Positions 48,648-60,597 of a stretch of 64,000 nt of DNA are shown in pieces. This DNA comes from Candidatus Latescibacterota bacterium (GTDB lineage: Bacteria; Latescibacterota; UBA2968; GCA-2709665), in contig OZ242358.1 in NCBI GenBank assembly GCA_965208835.1, forward strand, positions 32,001 through 96,000. Reading direction: 5' to 3'. A model generated the notes under the pieces. It saw nothing but the letters and a program-made list of their open reading frames with translations. It searched no databases and was not told the DNA's origin. Made by a program: the position numbers and the translations under genes. The number at the start of each line of letters is the position of its first letter. Position 1 is the stretch's first letter.

Positions 48648-49817
48648 TCATGCCTCTTCGGCGTGTACCGCCGCCACAACCGCTTCCGCCGCTTCTTTCA
48701 GCTCGCGGGCCACTGTAAATTTCAGATCCGAGTTCTCCAGAATCCGCGCGCCCTCCTCGGCGTTGGTCCCCTGCAGACGCACCACGATTGGCAGGTCTAC
48801 CGAGAAACTCTCCAGCGCCTGGACCACACCCTCGGCGACCCGGTCGCAACGCACGATTCCGCCGAAAATGTTGATGAGCACGGCCTTGACGCCGGCGTCC
48901 GAAAGGAGGATACGGAAGGCGTTTTCGACCCGTTCCACGTTGGCCCCGCCGCCCACGTCCAGAAAATTGGCGGGTGACGATCCCGCATATTTCACAATGT
49001 CCATGGTGGCCATGGCCAGACCGGCGCCGTTGACCATGCAGCCGACCTCGCCGTCGAGCTTGATGTAGTTGAGATCGAATCTGGAGGCATCCACTTCCAG
49101 AGGGTCTTCCTCGTCGGTGTCGCGGAGTTCCCGAATGTCTCCGTGGCGGAAAAGCGCGTTGTCGTCGAAGTTCATCTTGGCGTCCAGGGCCACCAGGTTG
49201 CCGTCCGCGGTGACAACCAGGGGGTTGATCTCTGCCAGGGAACAGTCGGTGCCGACGTAGGCGGCAAAGAGCCGTTCGATGAACCGCACACCCTGCTTGA
49301 ACGCATCGGATTCCAGGCCGAGGCCGAATGCCAGCCGGCGGGCCTGAAAGGGTTGAAGCCCGACCGCCGGGTCGACGGTTTCCCTCAGGATTTTATCAGG
49401 CGTCGCGGCAGCCACTTCCTCGATGTCCATGCCACCCTCACTGGAAGCCATGATGACCAGCCTGGACTGATCCCGGTCCAGCACCACGCCCAGGTAGAGT
49501 TCACGGGCGATATCGGTGGCGCTTTCTATCCACACCTGTTTGACGTTCTGCCCTTCAGGGCCTGTCTGAGGCGTGACCAGTTTCCTTCCGATCATGTCCC
49601 TGGCGTATCCATGCGCTTCGTCGGGGTTCTGAGCGATCTTGATTCCACCGCCCTTGCCCCGTCCGCCGGCGTGGATCTGTGCCTTGACGACAACGGCGCC
49701 GCCGAGTTCGGCTGCCGCGCTTCGGGCCTCGTCGGCCGTTGTGGCCAGACGTCCGTCGGGGACGGGTACGTCATACGACTTGAGGATTTCCTTGGCCTGA
49801 TATTCATGGATTTTCAT
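48648..49817 (-). CDS. sucC: Succinyl-CoA ligase beta subunit
   Basis: [44 protein letters not shown]. Confidence 0.97.
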   Translation of the reverse strand: MKIHEYQAKEILKSYDVPVPDGRLATTADEARSAAAELGGAVVVKAQIHAGGRGKGGGIKIAQNPDEAHGYARDMIGRKLVTPQTGPEGQNVKQVWIESATDIARELYLGVVLDRDQSRLVIMASSEGGMDIEEVAAATPDKILRETVDPAVGLQPFQARRLAFGLGLESDAFKQGVRFIERLFAAYVGTDCSLAEINPLVVTADGNLVALDAKMNFDDNALFRHGDIRELRDTDEEDPLEVDASRFDLNYIKLDGEVGCMVNGAGLAMATMDIVKYAGSSPANFLDVGGGANVERVENAFRILLSDAGVKAVLINIFGGIVRCDRVAEGVVQALESFSVDLPIVVRLQGTNAEEGARILENSDLKFTVARELKEAAEAVVAAVHAEEA

Positions 49818-49861
49818 GGTGTCTCCTCTTGACGCTTCGCGTCGTGAACGCGGAGCGGGCT

Positions 49862-51436
49862 TTACTGTATCTCTCTCAGGTCCTCTCCCGTCATGGCTTC
49901 CGGTTTGCGAAGCCCCAGCACTCCCAGAAAGGTGGGCGCCACGTCGCAGAGCCGGCCGCTCTTCCGGAGCCTTCCGCGGAATGCCGGATCCACAAGAATC
50001 AACGGCACGGGATTGGCCGTATGGGCGGTGTGGGGTTCACGGGTCCTCTGGTGAATCATCTGTTCGGCGTTGCCGTGGTCCGCGGTGACAATGGCGGCGC
50101 CGCCGACTTCGGCGGTGGCTGTCAAAATCCGCCCCAGATACCGGTCTACGGTCTCCACGGCATTGACAGCCGCTTCCAGAACACCGGTGTGGCCGACCAT
50201 ATCGGGGTTTGCGAAATTACAGATCGCGGCGTCAAAGCGCCGTGACCGGATCGCGTCGACGAATTTTCGAGTGACGTCCCGCGCGCTCATTTCGGGCTTG
50301 TGGTCGTACGTCGGCACGTCCCTGGGAGAAGGGACGAGGATGCGGGTTTCGCCTTCGAAGGGTTCCTCCCGCTGGCCATTGAAGAAATAGGTGACGTGCG
50401 CGTATTTCTCGGTTTCCGCGATGCGCAACTGCCGGAGCCCGGCATCGCTCAACGTCTTCCCGCACACGTCCGGCATATCCTGGGCCAGGTCTTCGGGCGA
50501 AAACGCGATTCCGTCCACGGGCAGGCCGGCTTCGTAACGCGTGAGGCAGGTATAGTGTACGCCGGGATCGGCGGTCCGTTTGAACCCGTCGAAATCCGGC
50601 TGCACGAAGGCGCGTGTGATCTGACGTCCCCGGTCGCCACGGAAATTGAAGCAGATCACGGAGTCGCCGTCTCCGACTGTCGCCGGAGGTCCCTCGCTGG
50701 TGCCGGCGATGACGATCGGCTTGACGAACTCGTCGGTCTCGTTTCGATTGTACGCGTCCTGAAGCGCCTGGAGCGGGTCACCCGCGTGCATCCCCCGGCC
50801 GAGCGTCATGGCATCGAAAGCCACGTGGACGCGGCCCCAGCGCCGGTCCCGGTCCATGGCGAAGTAGCGGCCGCAAACCGTGGCGATTCTGCCCACACCG
50901 GCCGCCTCGCACATTTCCCGGAAGGCGGCCAGAAGACGGAGACCGCTTGTGGGCGGCGTGTCACGCCCGTCGAGCCACGCGTGTACGCAGACCTGGTCGG
51001 GATTCAACCGGCGGCCGGCGGCCATTTTCAGCAGCGCGTTGTAGTGGTTGGGCCAGGAATGCACCCCGCCGTCGGACACCAGTCCGATCAGATGGAGGCG
51101 GTGATCGGTGCCGGCAACCCGGTCCATCGACGCGAGCAACGCTTCGTTTCGCGAAAAGCCGCCGTCCTTCACCCTGTCGTCGATACGGGTGACGGCCTGC
51201 ATTACGATACGTCCCGCGCCCAGGTTGAGATGCCCGACTTCGGAATTGCCGATCAATCCATCGGGCAGGCCGACGCTTCGTCCGCAGGTCCGGAGCGTCG
51301 TGGACGGGTGCGCCGCGCCAATACGGTCCATCGTGGGCGTATCCGCCAGCGCGACCGCGTTGTGGTCCACGCTTGGAGAAAGGCCCCATCCGTCGAGGAT
51401 GATCAGGGCGGTAAAACGTCGTTCTGGAGTGGACAT
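49862..51436 (-). CDS. gpmI: 2,3-bisphosphoglycerate-independent phosphoglycerate mutase
   Basis: [42 protein letters not shown]. Confidence 0.97.
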   Translation of the reverse strand: MSTPERRFTALIILDGWGLSPSVDHNAVALADTPTMDRIGAAHPSTTLRTCGRSVGLPDGLIGNSEVGHLNLGAGRIVMQAVTRIDDRVKDGGFSRNEALLASMDRVAGTDHRLHLIGLVSDGGVHSWPNHYNALLKMAAGRRLNPDQVCVHAWLDGRDTPPTSGLRLLAAFREMCEAAGVGRIATVCGRYFAMDRDRRWGRVHVAFDAMTLGRGMHAGDPLQALQDAYNRNETDEFVKPIVIAGTSEGPPATVGDGDSVICFNFRGDRGRQITRAFVQPDFDGFKRTADPGVHYTCLTRYEAGLPVDGIAFSPEDLAQDMPDVCGKTLSDAGLRQLRIAETEKYAHVTYFFNGQREEPFEGETRILVPSPRDVPTYDHKPEMSARDVTRKFVDAIRSRRFDAAICNFANPDMVGHTGVLEAAVNAVETVDRYLGRILTATAEVGGAAIVTADHGNAEQMIHQRTREPHTAHTANPVPLILVDPAFRGRLRKSGRLCDVAPTFLGVLGLRKPEAMTGEDLREIQ

Positions 51437-51503
51437 TACGGAGTCGGAAAATACGTTTTTGGCCTGTGAAAGGCAAGCCGAAACGGGAATGAAACGGGCC
51501 CGT

Positions 51504-52382
51504 TCAGGAAAGGTTCGGGGGAATGGTTTTCCTGAGAATGCGGTGGAAGGACCTTACGATAGGACGGGCGAAGGTCGTGCTGCGGCCTACGAGCGCGATC
51601 GGCCGGGAAAGCCCGGGTTCGGGGAAACGAATCAGACCCGGGTCGGGAATGCCCAGCGCCCTGGCGATGCCCAGCGGCACCAGCCCGTGGCCGAAGCCGC
51701 ACCGGGCCATCTGCGCGATGCCCGCAAACGATTGCAGGGTCTGTTCGGTCTCGATGCGGATGTTCCATTTGACCGAGAGCGCCCTGATGCGCGGTTCCAG
51801 GTGAACCCAGGTCGCGGCATGGGGTTCGATGGTGATTACGGGAAGCGTTGTATCGCGGCGAAGTTTAAAAGGCTCCAGTCCCGAGGGAACCAGGACCATG
51901 GGCTCGTCCACGAGAGGCTCCGACTTGACATCCGCGCTGTATTCCCCCCGGTCGGCGCACAGCGCGAGCATGTATTCCCCCGAGCGAACGTGGTCGATGG
52001 CAACGGGGCTTCTGTGGGCGTTGATGACGAGTTCCAGCTGCGGGACGGCCTGCGCGACGCCGGCCAGAACGCGTGAACCCCAGGAGGAGAGTATGGACTC
52101 GGAGATGCCGATCACAAGGCGGCTGGCCTGAACGGGGGACTCGTCCGCAACTGCTTCCTTCAGGGCGGCCATGAACGGCGCCGTCTTTTCCAGCAACTGG
52201 ATGCCCGCGGCCGTGAGCCGGACGCGCCTGCCAACGGGTTCGATGAGTTTCCGCCCGAGCGCGCTTTCGAGTGCGTCGATGCGTTTGCTGACGGCCGACT
52301 GCGAGATGCGCAGCCGGGTGCCCGCCTTTGTCATGGTGCCGGCTTCGGAAAGCGCGGCCAGGGTTTCGATGTTCTCGATCAT
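51504..52382 (-). CDS. LysR family transcriptional regulator
   Basis: N-terminal HTH TMTKAG.RL.ISQSAVSKRI..LE..LG; 292 aa. Confidence 0.93.
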   Translation of the reverse strand: MIENIETLAALSEAGTMTKAGTRLRISQSAVSKRIDALESALGRKLIEPVGRRVRLTAAGIQLLEKTAPFMAALKEAVADESPVQASRLVIGISESILSSWGSRVLAGVAQAVPQLELVINAHRSPVAIDHVRSGEYMLALCADRGEYSADVKSEPLVDEPMVLVPSGLEPFKLRRDTTLPVITIEPHAATWVHLEPRIRALSVKWNIRIETEQTLQSFAGIAQMARCGFGHGLVPLGIARALGIPDPGLIRFPEPGLSRPIALVGRSTTFARPIVRSFHRILRKTIPPNLS

Positions 52383-52463
52383 ATGTCAACGTCCACGGTA
52401 TGGGGTTCCTGTCATTCGCCCGCCCCGCCAGGCAGCACACCCGCTTTCTATCCAGCTCCAACC

Positions 52464-52536
52464 TATTCCTTTTGGGAATATAATCTATAACAATGATTCG
52501 CTTTTGTATGGTATTGAATTTAGCTAAATTCGATAC
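52464..52536. promoter_or_regulatory. Palindromic operator candidates upstream of the LysR gene
   Basis: TATTCC-N5-GGAATA (52464-52480, contains T-N11-A) and near-perfect GTATTGAATTTAGCTAAATTCGATAC (52511-52536). Confidence 0.55.
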
Positions 52537-52710
52537 GCATGTAAAGTGGGAACCCGTTAATTTCAGAAGCCGATGATTCCTTCCGCCGACAACTCCGACA
52601 GCCTCATCCACCGGTTCAATTCCCACTTGCGGACTTAAGGACATATAATATATTATTTAAGTATCCCTTTGACTCTGGGAGATGGGATACGGGAGAAGGC
52701 AGAAGAAATG

Positions 52711-53100
52711 CGGGGAGCCGGGAGACGGTAGATGAGATCATTGCCGGGTAGGTTATTCCTCGTTGCCTCCGGCACGAGAAGAAATCTGACAAGGCAGGAT
52801 GTCTCTCCCGTCTAACGTCTCCCCTCTCACCAGGTGGTGGGGCGGGGTGTGGTCCTCTCCCCTCTCCCGGCTTGCGTCTACCCGCTTCTGGGGGCCGGGG
52901 GGAGAGGTCGGAAAAAGGCGGTTAGACGGTAGAGGTGAGCCGGTAGAAGAGATCCTTGCCCGATACTTTATTCCTTCTTGCCTTCGGCACGAGAAGAAGC
53001 CTCACAAGGCAGGCAATCTCTCCCGTCTACCGTCTTGCGTCTCACCAGGTGGTGGGGCGGGGTGTGGTCCTCTACCCTCTCCCGTCTTCCGTCTCCCCGC
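52711..53100 (+). repeat. Structured repeat family D, tandem copies 2 and 3
   Basis: Two ~190-bp units sharing a GAGATC..TTGCC...GCCTYCGGCACGAGAAGAA...ACAAGGCAGG core and CACCAGGTGGTGGGGCGGGGTGTGGTCCTCT. Confidence 0.75.
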
Positions 53101-53174
53101 TTTTAAGGAACACGCCGTAGGCAGGGAATTCGGGGAGATGTGGACGTTGACTTTGCGTCTCGTTTTTGATTTTA

Positions 53175-53205
53175 GCTGATTGCTGACGGCTGATCGCTGA
53201 CAGCT
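53175..53205. repeat. GCTGANN heptamer tandem repeat
   Basis: GCTGATT-GCTGACG-GCTGATC-GCTGACA-GCT just upstream of acnA. Confidence 0.7.
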
Positions 53206-53223
53206 TCTATAAGGGTTTTTATA

Positions 53224-55923
53224 ATGAGCAACGCCAAGGATCCCTTCGGGCTGCGCGACCGGTTGCCCACGGCCGGCGGCGACTTGTGGATCTATCGTCT
53301 GGATCGCCTGGAAGCGGACGGCGTCGGCGCGGTTTCGCGATTGCCCTTCACCATAAAGGTGCTGCTGGAGGCCGCGTTGCGGAATCTGGACGGATATCTC
53401 GTGTCCGAAGACGATGCGGCGGGGTTGGCCGGATGGAATGCGGCGGCGCCCACACAGGCTGAGGTCCCTTTTATGCCGGCGCGGGTGGTATTGCAGGACT
53501 TTACCGGCGTGCCCTCCCTGGTCGATCTGGCCGCGCTGCGTTCCGCCATGGCGCGGATGGGAAAGGACCCGAGGCGGATCGAGCCGCGGATTCCGGCCGA
53601 CCTGGTGATCGACCATTCCGTCCAGGTCGACCGTTTCGCCCGCCACGACGCGCTGCGCATCAACGCGGAAATCGAATTCGATCGGAACCGGGAACGGTAT
53701 GAATTCCTGCGGTGGGGGGCCAATGCATTCGAGAAGTTCAAGGTCGTGCCGCCCGCCACGGGAATCGTACACCAGGTGAACCTGGAATACCTGGCGAAGG
53801 GGGTTGTGCGCCAGCGAGGCGTCGCGTTTCCGGACAGCCTGGTGGGAACGGACTCGCATACGACAATGATCAACGGCCTGGGCGTACTGGGTTGGGGCGT
53901 TGGCGGGATCGAGGCTGAGGCGGTCATGTTGGGGCAGCCCATCTACATGGCCACGCCCGAGGTGGTTGGCTTCAAGCTGTACGGCAGCCTGCCCGACGGC
54001 GCGACCGCGACGGACCTCGCGTTGACGGTCACCCAGATGCTGCGCGCAAAAGGCGTGGTGGGCAAATTCGTCGAGTTCTACGGAACGGGCCTGTCCGGCA
54101 TCAGCCTCGCCGACCGCGCAACCATCGCCAATATGGCGCCGGAATACGGCGCGACCGTGGGTTTCTTTCCTGTAGACGCGGAAACGCTGCGGTACCTGGA
54201 ACGAACCGCGAGGTCGACGGAGGAGGTGGACCTTGTGGCGCGGTATACCCGGGCGCAGGGTCTGTTCCGCACGGACGAAACGCCGGAACCGGCCTTCACG
54301 GAAACGCTTGAGATGGACCTGGGCGCCGTGGAGCCGAGTCTGGCCGGGCCGAAGAGGCCGCAGGACCGCGTGCCGCTGGACACCATGAAACAGGGTTTCG
54401 AGAACGCGTTGGTGTCACCCGTCGGCCACAACGGTTTCGGTGTGGACGAGGCGGGTCGAGACAGGAAACTGACCGTGGCGGCGAACGGTCGGGCCGAGAT
54501 CGGACACGGCGCGGTGGTGATCGCGGCCATTACCAGTTGCACGAACACGAGCAACCCCTCGGTGATGGTTGGCGCGGGGCTTCTCGCCAGGAAGGCCGTG
54601 GAACGAGGCCTGACGGTGCCTTCTTACGTAAAGACGAGCCTGGCGCCGGGGTCGCGCGTGGTCACGGAATATCTGAATGCGGCCGGGCTGACGCCCTACC
54701 TGGAACAACTCGGATTCCACACGGTTGGATACGGGTGCACCACCTGCATCGGCAACAGCGGTCCGCTGCCGGGTCCCGTGGTGGCTGCTATTGACGAAGG
54801 CGACCTGGTGGCCGCGTCGGTCCTCTCGGGCAACCGGAACTTCGAGGGCCGCGTGAACCCCCACGTAAAGGCCAACTATCTCGCGTCTCCGCCCCTGGTG
54901 GTGGCCTACGCCCTCGCCGGCCGGGTCGACGTGGACCTGGCCACCGAACCCCTGGGAGAGGATGCCGATGGAAATCCGGTTACGCTGAGGGACATCTGGC
55001 CCACACAGGATGAAATCTCGGACACCATCGCGCACGCGCTGAAGCCGGAGATGTTCGAAACGCAGTACAGCAACGTATTCGACGGCAACGAGACCTGGAA
55101 CGCCATCGCGGGGCAGGAAGCGGCGCTGTATTCATGGAATGCGGACAGCACCTACGTGCAGGAGCCGCCGTTCTTCACGGATCTGACCGAAGAACCGGCG
55201 CCCGTGCGGGAGATTCGCGGCGCGCGGGTGCTGGTGATGCTGGGAGATTCGGTAACGACCGACCACATTTCACCCGCGGGCAGTATTGCGGTGGACAGTC
55301 CGGCGGGAAGGTACCTCATCGAAAGCGGCGTGGCGCCGAAGGACTTCAACTCGTACGGGTCCCGGCGGGGCAATCACGAAGTGATGGTGCGCGGTACGTT
55401 CGCGAATATACGCATCCGTAATCACCTGGCGCCGGGGACCGAGGGCGGTGTCACCGTCCAACTGCCCGGCGGCGAGCAGATGCCGATCTACGACGCGGCG
55501 GTGAGATACGCGCAGGAGGGCGTGTCGCTGGTCGTCCTGGCCGGCAAGGAGTACGGCGCGGGGTCGTCGCGGGACTGGGCGGCCAAAGGGCCGGCGCTTC
55601 AGGGGGTGCGGGCCGCGATCGCGGAAAGTTACGAACGGATTCATCGCAGCAATCTGGTGGGCATGGGGGTACTGCCGCTGGAATACAAGCCCGGAGAAAG
55701 CGCGGATTCGCTGGGACTCACCGGCAGAGAGGTATTCGATATCGAGGGAATCGGCGACGACCTGCGCCCGCTGCAGGACGCAACCGTGACGGCGACGGCG
55801 GAAGACGGCGCCGTCACGACATTTACCGCCACGGTGCGCATCGACACCCCCGTGGAAATCGACTACTATCGGAACGGAGGCATTCTCCACACCGTTCTCA
55901 GGAATTTCCTGAAGGAGTCCTGA
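53224..55923 (+). CDS. acnA: Aconitate hydratase A
   Basis: [46 protein letters not shown]. Confidence 0.98.
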   Translation: MSNAKDPFGLRDRLPTAGGDLWIYRLDRLEADGVGAVSRLPFTIKVLLEAALRNLDGYLVSEDDAAGLAGWNAAAPTQAEVPFMPARVVLQDFTGVPSLVDLAALRSAMARMGKDPRRIEPRIPADLVIDHSVQVDRFARHDALRINAEIEFDRNRERYEFLRWGANAFEKFKVVPPATGIVHQVNLEYLAKGVVRQRGVAFPDSLVGTDSHTTMINGLGVLGWGVGGIEAEAVMLGQPIYMATPEVVGFKLYGSLPDGATATDLALTVTQMLRAKGVVGKFVEFYGTGLSGISLADRATIANMAPEYGATVGFFPVDAETLRYLERTARSTEEVDLVARYTRAQGLFRTDETPEPAFTETLEMDLGAVEPSLAGPKRPQDRVPLDTMKQGFENALVSPVGHNGFGVDEAGRDRKLTVAANGRAEIGHGAVVIAAITSCTNTSNPSVMVGAGLLARKAVERGLTVPSYVKTSLAPGSRVVTEYLNAAGLTPYLEQLGFHTVGYGCTTCIGNSGPLPGPVVAAIDEGDLVAASVLSGNRNFEGRVNPHVKANYLASPPLVVAYALAGRVDVDLATEPLGEDADGNPVTLRDIWPTQDEISDTIAHALKPEMFETQYSNVFDGNETWNAIAGQEAALYSWNADSTYVQEPPFFTDLTEEPAPVREIRGARVLVMLGDSVTTDHISPAGSIAVDSPAGRYLIESGVAPKDFNSYGSRRGNHEVMVRGTFANIRIRNHLAPGTEGGVTVQLPGGEQMPIYDAAVRYAQEGVSLVVLAGKEYGAGSSRDWAAKGPALQGVRAAIAESYERIHRSNLVGMGVLPLEYKPGESADSLGLTGREVFDIEGIGDDLRPLQDATVTATAEDGAVTTFTATVRIDTPVEIDYYRNGGILHTVLRNFLKES

Positions 55924-56043
55924 TCCGCGGGCTCGGACCGGAGAAAGACAGGCTCCCAATCCGGCGGATCAAAAAAAGAAACCGGGTCCTTAAGGTCCCC
56001 GGCCGTAGTTGAATCCTGATGATCGGTACAACAAAGGTTGACT

Positions 56044-56967
56044 TCAATAATCGAGTTTCCGGACGCTGGACCGAACGGCCTCCGCGGATGAATGGAACGC
56101 ATTCTGTTCGTCCGGCGTGAGGCCGATTTCGATGATTTCCTCCACGCCGGAAGCGCCCAGCTTGACCGGGACGCCCATATAAAGATCGCGGACGCCGTAC
56201 TGGCCGGTTAGCCAGGCGGCGCAGGGAAGGATGCGTTTCTTGTCCCGTACAATGGCCGCGACCATTTCGGCAATGGCGGAAGCGGGCGCGTAGAAGGCGC
56301 TGCCCGTTTTAAGGTGTGCGACAATCTCGGCGCCGCCGTTCCGGGTGCGTTCCACCAGCCGTTCGATTACGGATTCGTCGAGCAGTTCGGAAAGCGGAAT
56401 GCCGGCCACGGACGAGTAGCGGGGCAGTGGCACCATGGAATCGCCGTGGCCCCCCAGCACGAAGGCGGTCACGTCTTCCACGGAAACGTCCAGTTCATCC
56501 GCGATAAAATAACGAAAACGCGCAGAATCAAGAATGCCCGCCATGCCAACGACACGAGCGGGCGAGAACTCCGTAACTTTCAGCGCCACGTAAGCCATTG
56601 CGTCGAGGGGATTCGTCACCACGATGACAATGGCGTCGGGCGCTGTTTCTTTGACGCGTTCGCAGACCGAACCGACGATATCGGCGTTTGTCGTCAGCAG
56701 GTCGTCGCGGGTCATGCCCGGCTTGCGCGCCAACCCTGCGGTAACAACGACGATGTCGGATCCGGACAGGCTTCCGGAATCGCTTGTACCTGCAACCCGG
56801 GTATCGAAGCGGTCCACCGGCGCCGCCTCGGCCAGGTCCAGGGCTTTACCCTCTGGAATGCCCTCGGCGACGTCGAGCAGAATCAGTTCGCGGGCGAGCT
56901 CCCGTTCGGCGATATGCTGAGCGGCAGTCGCTCCCACGTTGCCGGCGCCAACTACTGAGATCTTCAA
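56044..56967 (-). CDS. mdh: Malate dehydrogenase (LDH-like)
   Basis: [28 protein letters not shown]. Confidence 0.95.
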   Translation of the reverse strand: MKISVVGAGNVGATAAQHIAERELARELILLDVAEGIPEGKALDLAEAAPVDRFDTRVAGTSDSGSLSGSDIVVVTAGLARKPGMTRDDLLTTNADIVGSVCERVKETAPDAIVIVVTNPLDAMAYVALKVTEFSPARVVGMAGILDSARFRYFIADELDVSVEDVTAFVLGGHGDSMVPLPRYSSVAGIPLSELLDESVIERLVERTRNGGAEIVAHLKTGSAFYAPASAIAEMVAAIVRDKKRILPCAAWLTGQYGVRDLYMGVPVKLGASGVEEIIEIGLTPDEQNAFHSSAEAVRSSVRKLDY

Positions 56968-56974
56968 TACCGGG

Positions 56975-57235
56975 CTACTCCGCCCTCGCGTAGACGCTGA
57001 CCTTCTTTCGACGCTTGTTCATGTTCTGGAAGGTCACGATGCCGTCGACCAGGGCAAAAAGCGAATCGTCTTTGGCTCGCTTTACCATGTCTCCCGGATG
57101 GATCCGCGTGCCGCGCTGCCGGACGATGATGCTGCCGGCGGTGACATACTGACCGCCGAAGACTTTGACGCCCAGACGCTGTCCGCGGCTGTCGCGGCCG
57201 TTCCGGGAACTTCCGACCCCTTTTTTATGGGCCAT
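56975..57235 (-). CDS. rpmA: 50S ribosomal protein bL27
   Basis: [24 protein letters not shown]. Confidence 0.98.
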   Translation of the reverse strand: MAHKKGVGSSRNGRDSRGQRLGVKVFGGQYVTAGSIIVRQRGTRIHPGDMVKRAKDDSLFALVDGIVTFQNMNKRRKKVSVYARAE

Positions 57236-57301
57236 GCGGATACCCTCCTCTCCTGCCCCGTGCGGGTCGGCGAGAATCCCGACGCCGCGGCAGAAGTGCG
57301 A

Positions 57302-57613
57302 TTATGCTGAAATGCCGTCGATCCGGAGTTCCGTAAAGGGCTGACGATGGCCGTTTTTCCGCCGGTAGCCCTTTCGGCGTTTCATTTTGAAGATCGTGAT
57401 TTTATCGTGCTTACCGTGTCCCAGGACGCTGGCCTCGACGGCGGCCCCGTCCACCTGCGGCCTGCCGATGCTGGTTTCGCCGTCTTTGGATACCAGCAGC
57501 ACGCGATCCAGGGTGAGTGACGCTCCGGCTTCGGCCTTCAGGCGGGAGACACGAATGCGGTCTCCTTCCTGAACCTTGACCTGTTGACCGGCTATTTCCA
57601 CAACGGCGTACAT
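57302..57613 (-). CDS. rplU: 50S ribosomal protein bL21
   Basis: MYAVVEIAGQQ.KV, KRRKGYRRKNGHRQ; GGAGG RBS. Confidence 0.97.
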   Translation of the reverse strand: MYAVVEIAGQQVKVQEGDRIRVSRLKAEAGASLTLDRVLLVSKDGETSIGRPQVDGAAVEASVLGHGKHDKITIFKMKRRKGYRRKNGHRQPFTELRIDGISA

Positions 57614-57656
57614 GAAAAAACCTCCGCAATTCGAATTGGCGCATCCGGCCGTTTCA

Positions 57657-57818
57657 GAAGTTGTTTTAAAATTACCGGTGAGTTCCCGAGCGCGAGCGAA
57701 AAAGCGGCGGGCAAGGCGGGAAAACCCGCCCATATTTGTCTATACGGGTGGGTTTGACCAACGCCGACCGGCGCTTTTGCAGCCGCGCGAAGACCGCTGG
57801 GAATTTTAAGACAGCTTC
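57657..57818 (-). mobile_element. MITE family A, copy 8 (short loop type 3)
   Basis: GAAGTTGTTTTAAAATT...AATTTTAAGACAGCTTC; TCA on both sides. Confidence 0.9.
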
Positions 57819-57865
57819 TCAAGCGTGAAACGGGCCGGAAACGGTAACAAAGACGGCAGGTTTTG

Positions 57866-59407
57866 TCAAGTTTTAAATTTGTCCGTAATGTCCAGGTTTC
57901 GCTTCCGGGAATACATCCGGTACGCGTCAACGGACAGGTCCGGGTCGTGCTCCACGTTCAGCCAGACCCGGGTGGACCTTCGGATCCTCTTGAGACGTTC
58001 GCGGCGGTTTTCGAGGATGAAATCTCCCACCGTGGGGTTGACGTGCACGGTAAGTCTTCGTTCCACCGATGCGGCCCTGGACCGCTTGAGCCAACGCTCG
58101 ATGCGGGCGAGCGTAGACTCCCGGCTGGGCACGCGTCCGCTGCCGTGGCATTCGGGACAGGTCTCGCTGAAGGTGAACATAAGACTCGGGCGTACCCTCT
58201 GCCGCGTCATTTCCATGAGGCCGAACTCGCTGATCTCCGAGAAACGGGGCCGGGACCGGTCTCTCCTGACGGCCTGCCTGAATTCGTTTTCGACCTTCTT
58301 GCGGTTCTGGGCGATGGCCATGTCGATGAAGTCGATCACGATGATGCCCCCGATATCGCGCAGGCGAAGCTGGCGCGCGATCTCCCTTGCGGCCTCGAGA
58401 TTGATCTTCAACACGTTTTCTTCCTGGTTCGACCGGCCCACGAATCGGCCGCTGTTCACGTCGATTGCAAACAGCGCCTCGGTATGGTCCAGAACCAGGT
58501 ATCCGCCGCCCTTCAGCCAGACCTTGCGGTCCGAACACTTCTCGATTTCGCTTTCGACACCGAAGGCGTCGAAGATGGGTGCGCTGTCCCTGTGGTATTC
58601 CACGCGTTCACGGAGATGTGGCGAAGTGGATTTGAGGTACGCCAGAATCTTCTTGTATTCCTGCTTGGCGTCCACCACCAGGCGGTCCACCTCGTCGGTA
58701 AACAGGTCGCGTATGATACTCGACGTCATGCCCATTTCTTTGTGCAGAATGCTGGCGGGGTCGGCGTTTCCGTACTGTTTCTGGATGCGCGACCATACAT
58801 TCATCAATTGCTTGAGGTCCCGCATCATCTCCCTGTCGCCCTTGCCGGATGCTTCGGTCCGCACGATGATGCCGTAGCCGTCGGGTCGAATGTCGCGGCC
58901 AAGGTCCTTCAGCCTTCGTTTCTCGGGAATGTTCGTGATCTTCCGGGAAACGCCCACCTTCTCCCCGTTGGGCACCAGCACCATGAACCGGCCGGGCAGG
59001 GAGGGCACCGCCGTGACCCTGGGGCCCTTGGTGCCAATGGGTTCTTTCTTGACCTGAACAAGGACCTCCTGGCCTTTCTGGATAAGATCCTGTATGGGAA
59101 TGACCGATTTGCCGTTTACATGGGTTCGCGCGTCGATTTCCTCAAGTGTTTCTTCATTCAGGCCCACCATTGAGCCGGGAGAACCGGGCATGTCGGAGGC
59201 GTGGAGAAAAGCGCTTTTTTCAAGGCCGATATCCACAAAGGCGGCCTGCATTCCAGGAAGCACCGCGGAAACGGTTCCCTTGTAGATATCGCCCACCATG
59301 CGTTCGTTCTCGGCGCATTCGACGAGAATTTCCACCAGCTTTCCATCTTCCAGAACTGCAATTCTAGATTCGTGCGACCCTACGTTGATTACGATTTCGT
59401 TCTTCAC
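57866..59407 (-). CDS. rng: Rne/Rng family ribonuclease (RNase G-sized)
   Basis: S1 domain (LPGMQAAFVDIG), IDVNSG, GGIIVIDFIDM, CPECHGSG. Confidence 0.92.
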   Translation of the reverse strand: MKNEIVINVGSHESRIAVLEDGKLVEILVECAENERMVGDIYKGTVSAVLPGMQAAFVDIGLEKSAFLHASDMPGSPGSMVGLNEETLEEIDARTHVNGKSVIPIQDLIQKGQEVLVQVKKEPIGTKGPRVTAVPSLPGRFMVLVPNGEKVGVSRKITNIPEKRRLKDLGRDIRPDGYGIIVRTEASGKGDREMMRDLKQLMNVWSRIQKQYGNADPASILHKEMGMTSSIIRDLFTDEVDRLVVDAKQEYKKILAYLKSTSPHLRERVEYHRDSAPIFDAFGVESEIEKCSDRKVWLKGGGYLVLDHTEALFAIDVNSGRFVGRSNQEENVLKINLEAAREIARQLRLRDIGGIIVIDFIDMAIAQNRKKVENEFRQAVRRDRSRPRFSEISEFGLMEMTRQRVRPSLMFTFSETCPECHGSGRVPSRESTLARIERWLKRSRAASVERRLTVHVNPTVGDFILENRRERLKRIRRSTRVWLNVEHDPDLSVDAYRMYSRKRNLDITDKFKT

Positions 59408-59556
59408 TCGTACCTGACCCTTCGTTATTTATAAACATCTTATATTTTAATATGTTACAAAAACGTAACAGAAACGCGTACCCTGGGCAAGGAGATTGTC
59501 CCCTGAGCAGCGGCATGCGGGTGCAGTGGGGGCATTCAGCGTGCCGACGGGGAACC

Positions 59557-60294
59557 CTACTTTTCAACGACCTGTCTCGGGAAGATCGTGATCTCCTCCG
59601 CGATCGCGCGGCCGGGAAGCTGGGCGACCATCAGCGCTGCGGCGGCGATGTCTTCGGGCGGGAGCGCGGCCGCCCGTTTCTCGTCGGAGACCGGGTTGGG
59701 GCGAAGATCCAGGATGGGCGTGTCGACCTCTCCGGGAAAGATGCAACACGCCCGGATGCCGGTCTCTCGGAACTCCGCGTTGATGGACTGGTTCAGGGCG
59801 GCCATGCCGAACTTGGATGCGCAATAGGCAACGCCCGCAATTTTGCCGGACCGCTTGCCGGCCATGGAAGAGATGTTGATGACCAGCCCGTCGCCCTGTT
59901 TCTCCATGTGCGGCATGACGGCCCGGAATGCGTTGAAGGCGCCCGTGAGATTGATGTCGACAACGCGGTCCCAGTCCTCGTCGGATATGTCTCTGAGGCC
60001 ACGCTGCAGGGTGTTGATGCCGGCGTTGTTTACCAGGATATCGATGCGCCCGAACCGCTCGACGGTCTGGTCCGATAGGGCTTTGACAGAGTCCCTGCAG
60101 GTGACGTCGGCCGGCACGCAGAGCGTCTCTGCCGCGGCATTGCGCGCTGACCCGGCGGTTTCTTCCAGCACGTCGGCGCGTCGACCGGCGAGGACGCAAT
60201 TCATGCCTGCATTGCAGAACGCCACGGCGATGGCGCGGCCGATGCCCGTGCCCGCGCCAGTGATAACGGCGGTTTTGACGTGAGTATCCGTCAT
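59557..60294 (-). CDS. Short-chain dehydrogenase/reductase
   Basis: TGAGTGIG, NNAG, YCASK; ATG 60294 after GGAG. The 716-aa ORF-track entry is an antisense extension. Confidence 0.9.
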   Translation of the reverse strand: MTDTHVKTAVITGAGTGIGRAIAVAFCNAGMNCVLAGRRADVLEETAGSARNAAAETLCVPADVTCRDSVKALSDQTVERFGRIDILVNNAGINTLQRGLRDISDEDWDRVVDINLTGAFNAFRAVMPHMEKQGDGLVINISSMAGKRSGKIAGVAYCASKFGMAALNQSINAEFRETGIRACCIFPGEVDTPILDLRPNPVSDEKRAAALPPEDIAAAALMVAQLPGRAIAEEITIFPRQVVEK

Positions 60295-60597
60295 TGGATG
60301 TTTATCTCCGAACGCGATAGAAGATGAAGCCACTGCAGCAGAAACGGGGTCGGAATCGGCTGCGTGTTCCATTGACCGGAGCGAATGCGTGGCGGTTGGT
60401 CGGCAACCCGGTATTCTGCGCTTCCCGCCGACAATAATGTAGGCATTCCATGTGGTAATGTCAAATGAGGGCTCCTGAAGAACGGCATTGGCGTTGAACA
60501 GGTTGGCGAATTCCATTTGGAAGTGACAATTGTTCCTGGTTTGTATATATTTATTGCCTGACGTCTGGCGCGATTCGCGCATTGCGGGGGACCACCG

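Noticed and set aside
52493-52638. Two short plus-strand ORFs (27 and 21 aa) facing away from LysR
   Set aside because: No RBS or recognisable features, and they overlap palindromic regulatory-looking DNA.
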